Assembly (NCBI RefSeq): GCF_000226215.1
Contig: NZ_AGFF01000025.1
Span: forward strand, 38,374-62,373
Origin: Dietzia alimentaria 72
GTDB lineage: Bacteria > Actinomycetota > Actinomycetes > Mycobacteriales > Mycobacteriaceae
Direction of reading: 5' to 3'
Length of the DNA stretch: 24,000 nt
Numbering within the stretch: position 1 is the first letter of the stretch; every line of letters starts with the position of its first letter. The notes beneath the pieces were generated by a model that was not told where the DNA came from, did not search any database, and was given only the letters and a program-made list of their open reading frames with translations. The position numbers were made by a program, and so were the translations under genes. This document shows, piece after piece, positions 23,655 to 24,000 of this stretch.

Positions 23655-23796
23655 GTGTCGGCGCGAGAACAGACGCGCGCCCTGCCCGCGGCCAGTATCT
23701 GGCTGACGACCCTGGTCAGGGCCTCACAGTGGCGGAACCGCCCCGGAATCGCACCGGGTTCCTCGCCGTGGGACAGCTGGCAGCTTACGCCGACAC
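23655..23796 (-). promoter_or_regulatory. Cobalamin (AdoCbl) riboswitch in front of cobH-cobIJ-bluB
   Basis: Reverse complement of 23722-23764 reads GAGGAACCCGGTGCGATTCCGGGGCGGTTCCGCCACTGTGAGG, the canonical core including GCCACTG. Reverse complement of 23690-23707 reads GTCAGCCAGATACTGGCC (B12-box-like hairpin). A 9-bp closing helix pairs GTGTCGGCG (rc of 23788-23796) with CGCCGACAC (rc of 23655-23663). It ends about 37 nt upstream of the cobH ATG. Confidence 0.85.
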
Positions 23797-24000
23797 GACC
23801 AGTACTCCCCGCCATGGGGTCACGATCAGTTCAACGACATCGGGGCCGGTGATCCGGGCGATCAGCGCGCGATCGAGGATGCCGGCCGGTGCCTCGATGT
23901 GCTCGATCCTGCCTGTCACCGGCCCGTACGGCAGCGCCGGCGCGGCCTTCGGCAGGCGGTGGTCGGCCGGTGCGGAGCCCGCGAGGGACGCGGGGATCGG
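23785..24000 (-). CDS. 3' end of an upstream minus-strand gene entering from beyond the window; possibly precorrin-3B synthase (CobG)
   Basis: An open frame in phase with the window edge has mostly G/C third positions: ...PVTGRIEHIEAPAGILDRALIARITGPDVVELIVTPWRGVLVVSA*, with TAA at 23785-23787. The TPWRG-type C-terminal block and the position upstream of cobH fit my recollection of CobG. Only 71 aa are visible. Confidence 0.4.
   Translation of the reverse strand, partial: PIPASLAGSAPADHRLPKAAPALPYGPVTGRIEHIEAPAGILDRALIARITGPDVVELIVTPWRGVLVVSA

Noticed and set aside
1-24000. Scan for CRISPR arrays, tRNA/rRNA genes, IS elements, integrases, terminal inverted repeats, toxin-antitoxin pairs or defence-system genes
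   Set aside because: No regularly spaced repeats, no tRNA T-arm or anticodon-like structures, and no transposase, integrase, nuclease or ATPase-defence motifs appear in any credible frame. The accessory character of the middle segment rests on gene content only.

Overview
Very GC-rich actinobacterial-type chromosomal window. Both ends carry aerobic-route cobalamin (B12) genes. On the left is a ChlI/ChlD-type chelatase (minus strand, runs off the edge) preceded by a cobalamin riboswitch, with divergent cobL-cobM. On the right is a minus-strand string: cobG-like 3' end, second cobalamin riboswitch, cobH, cobIJ, bluB; cobH/cobIJ and cobIJ/bluB are joined by ATGA start/stop overlaps. About 16.8 kb of unrelated material lies between the two halves. 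(i) An iron-box-controlled, NRPS-independent hydroxamate siderophore locus. It has a divergent AmpG/RhtX-like MFS permease plus SIP-type reductase unit. It also has a four-gene translationally coupled operon: DesA-like PLP decarboxylase, DesB/IucD-like N-hydroxylase, an acyltransferase::IucA/IucC synthetase fusion, and an unusual penicillin-acylase-family::second-acyltransferase fusion. (ii) A TetR regulator with a divergent FAD oxidoreductase, followed by a decayed saccharopine-dehydrogenase-like pseudogene. (iii) A visibly more A/T-rich stretch with small hypothetical genes, an SRPBCC protein, a secreted acidic repeat protein and a FadD-type acyl-CoA synthetase. I saw no rRNA, tRNA, CRISPR array, transposase or integrase. 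The most interesting item is the acylase::acyltransferase fusion closing the siderophore operon. All calls rest on reading translated motifs by eye; no database search was possible.
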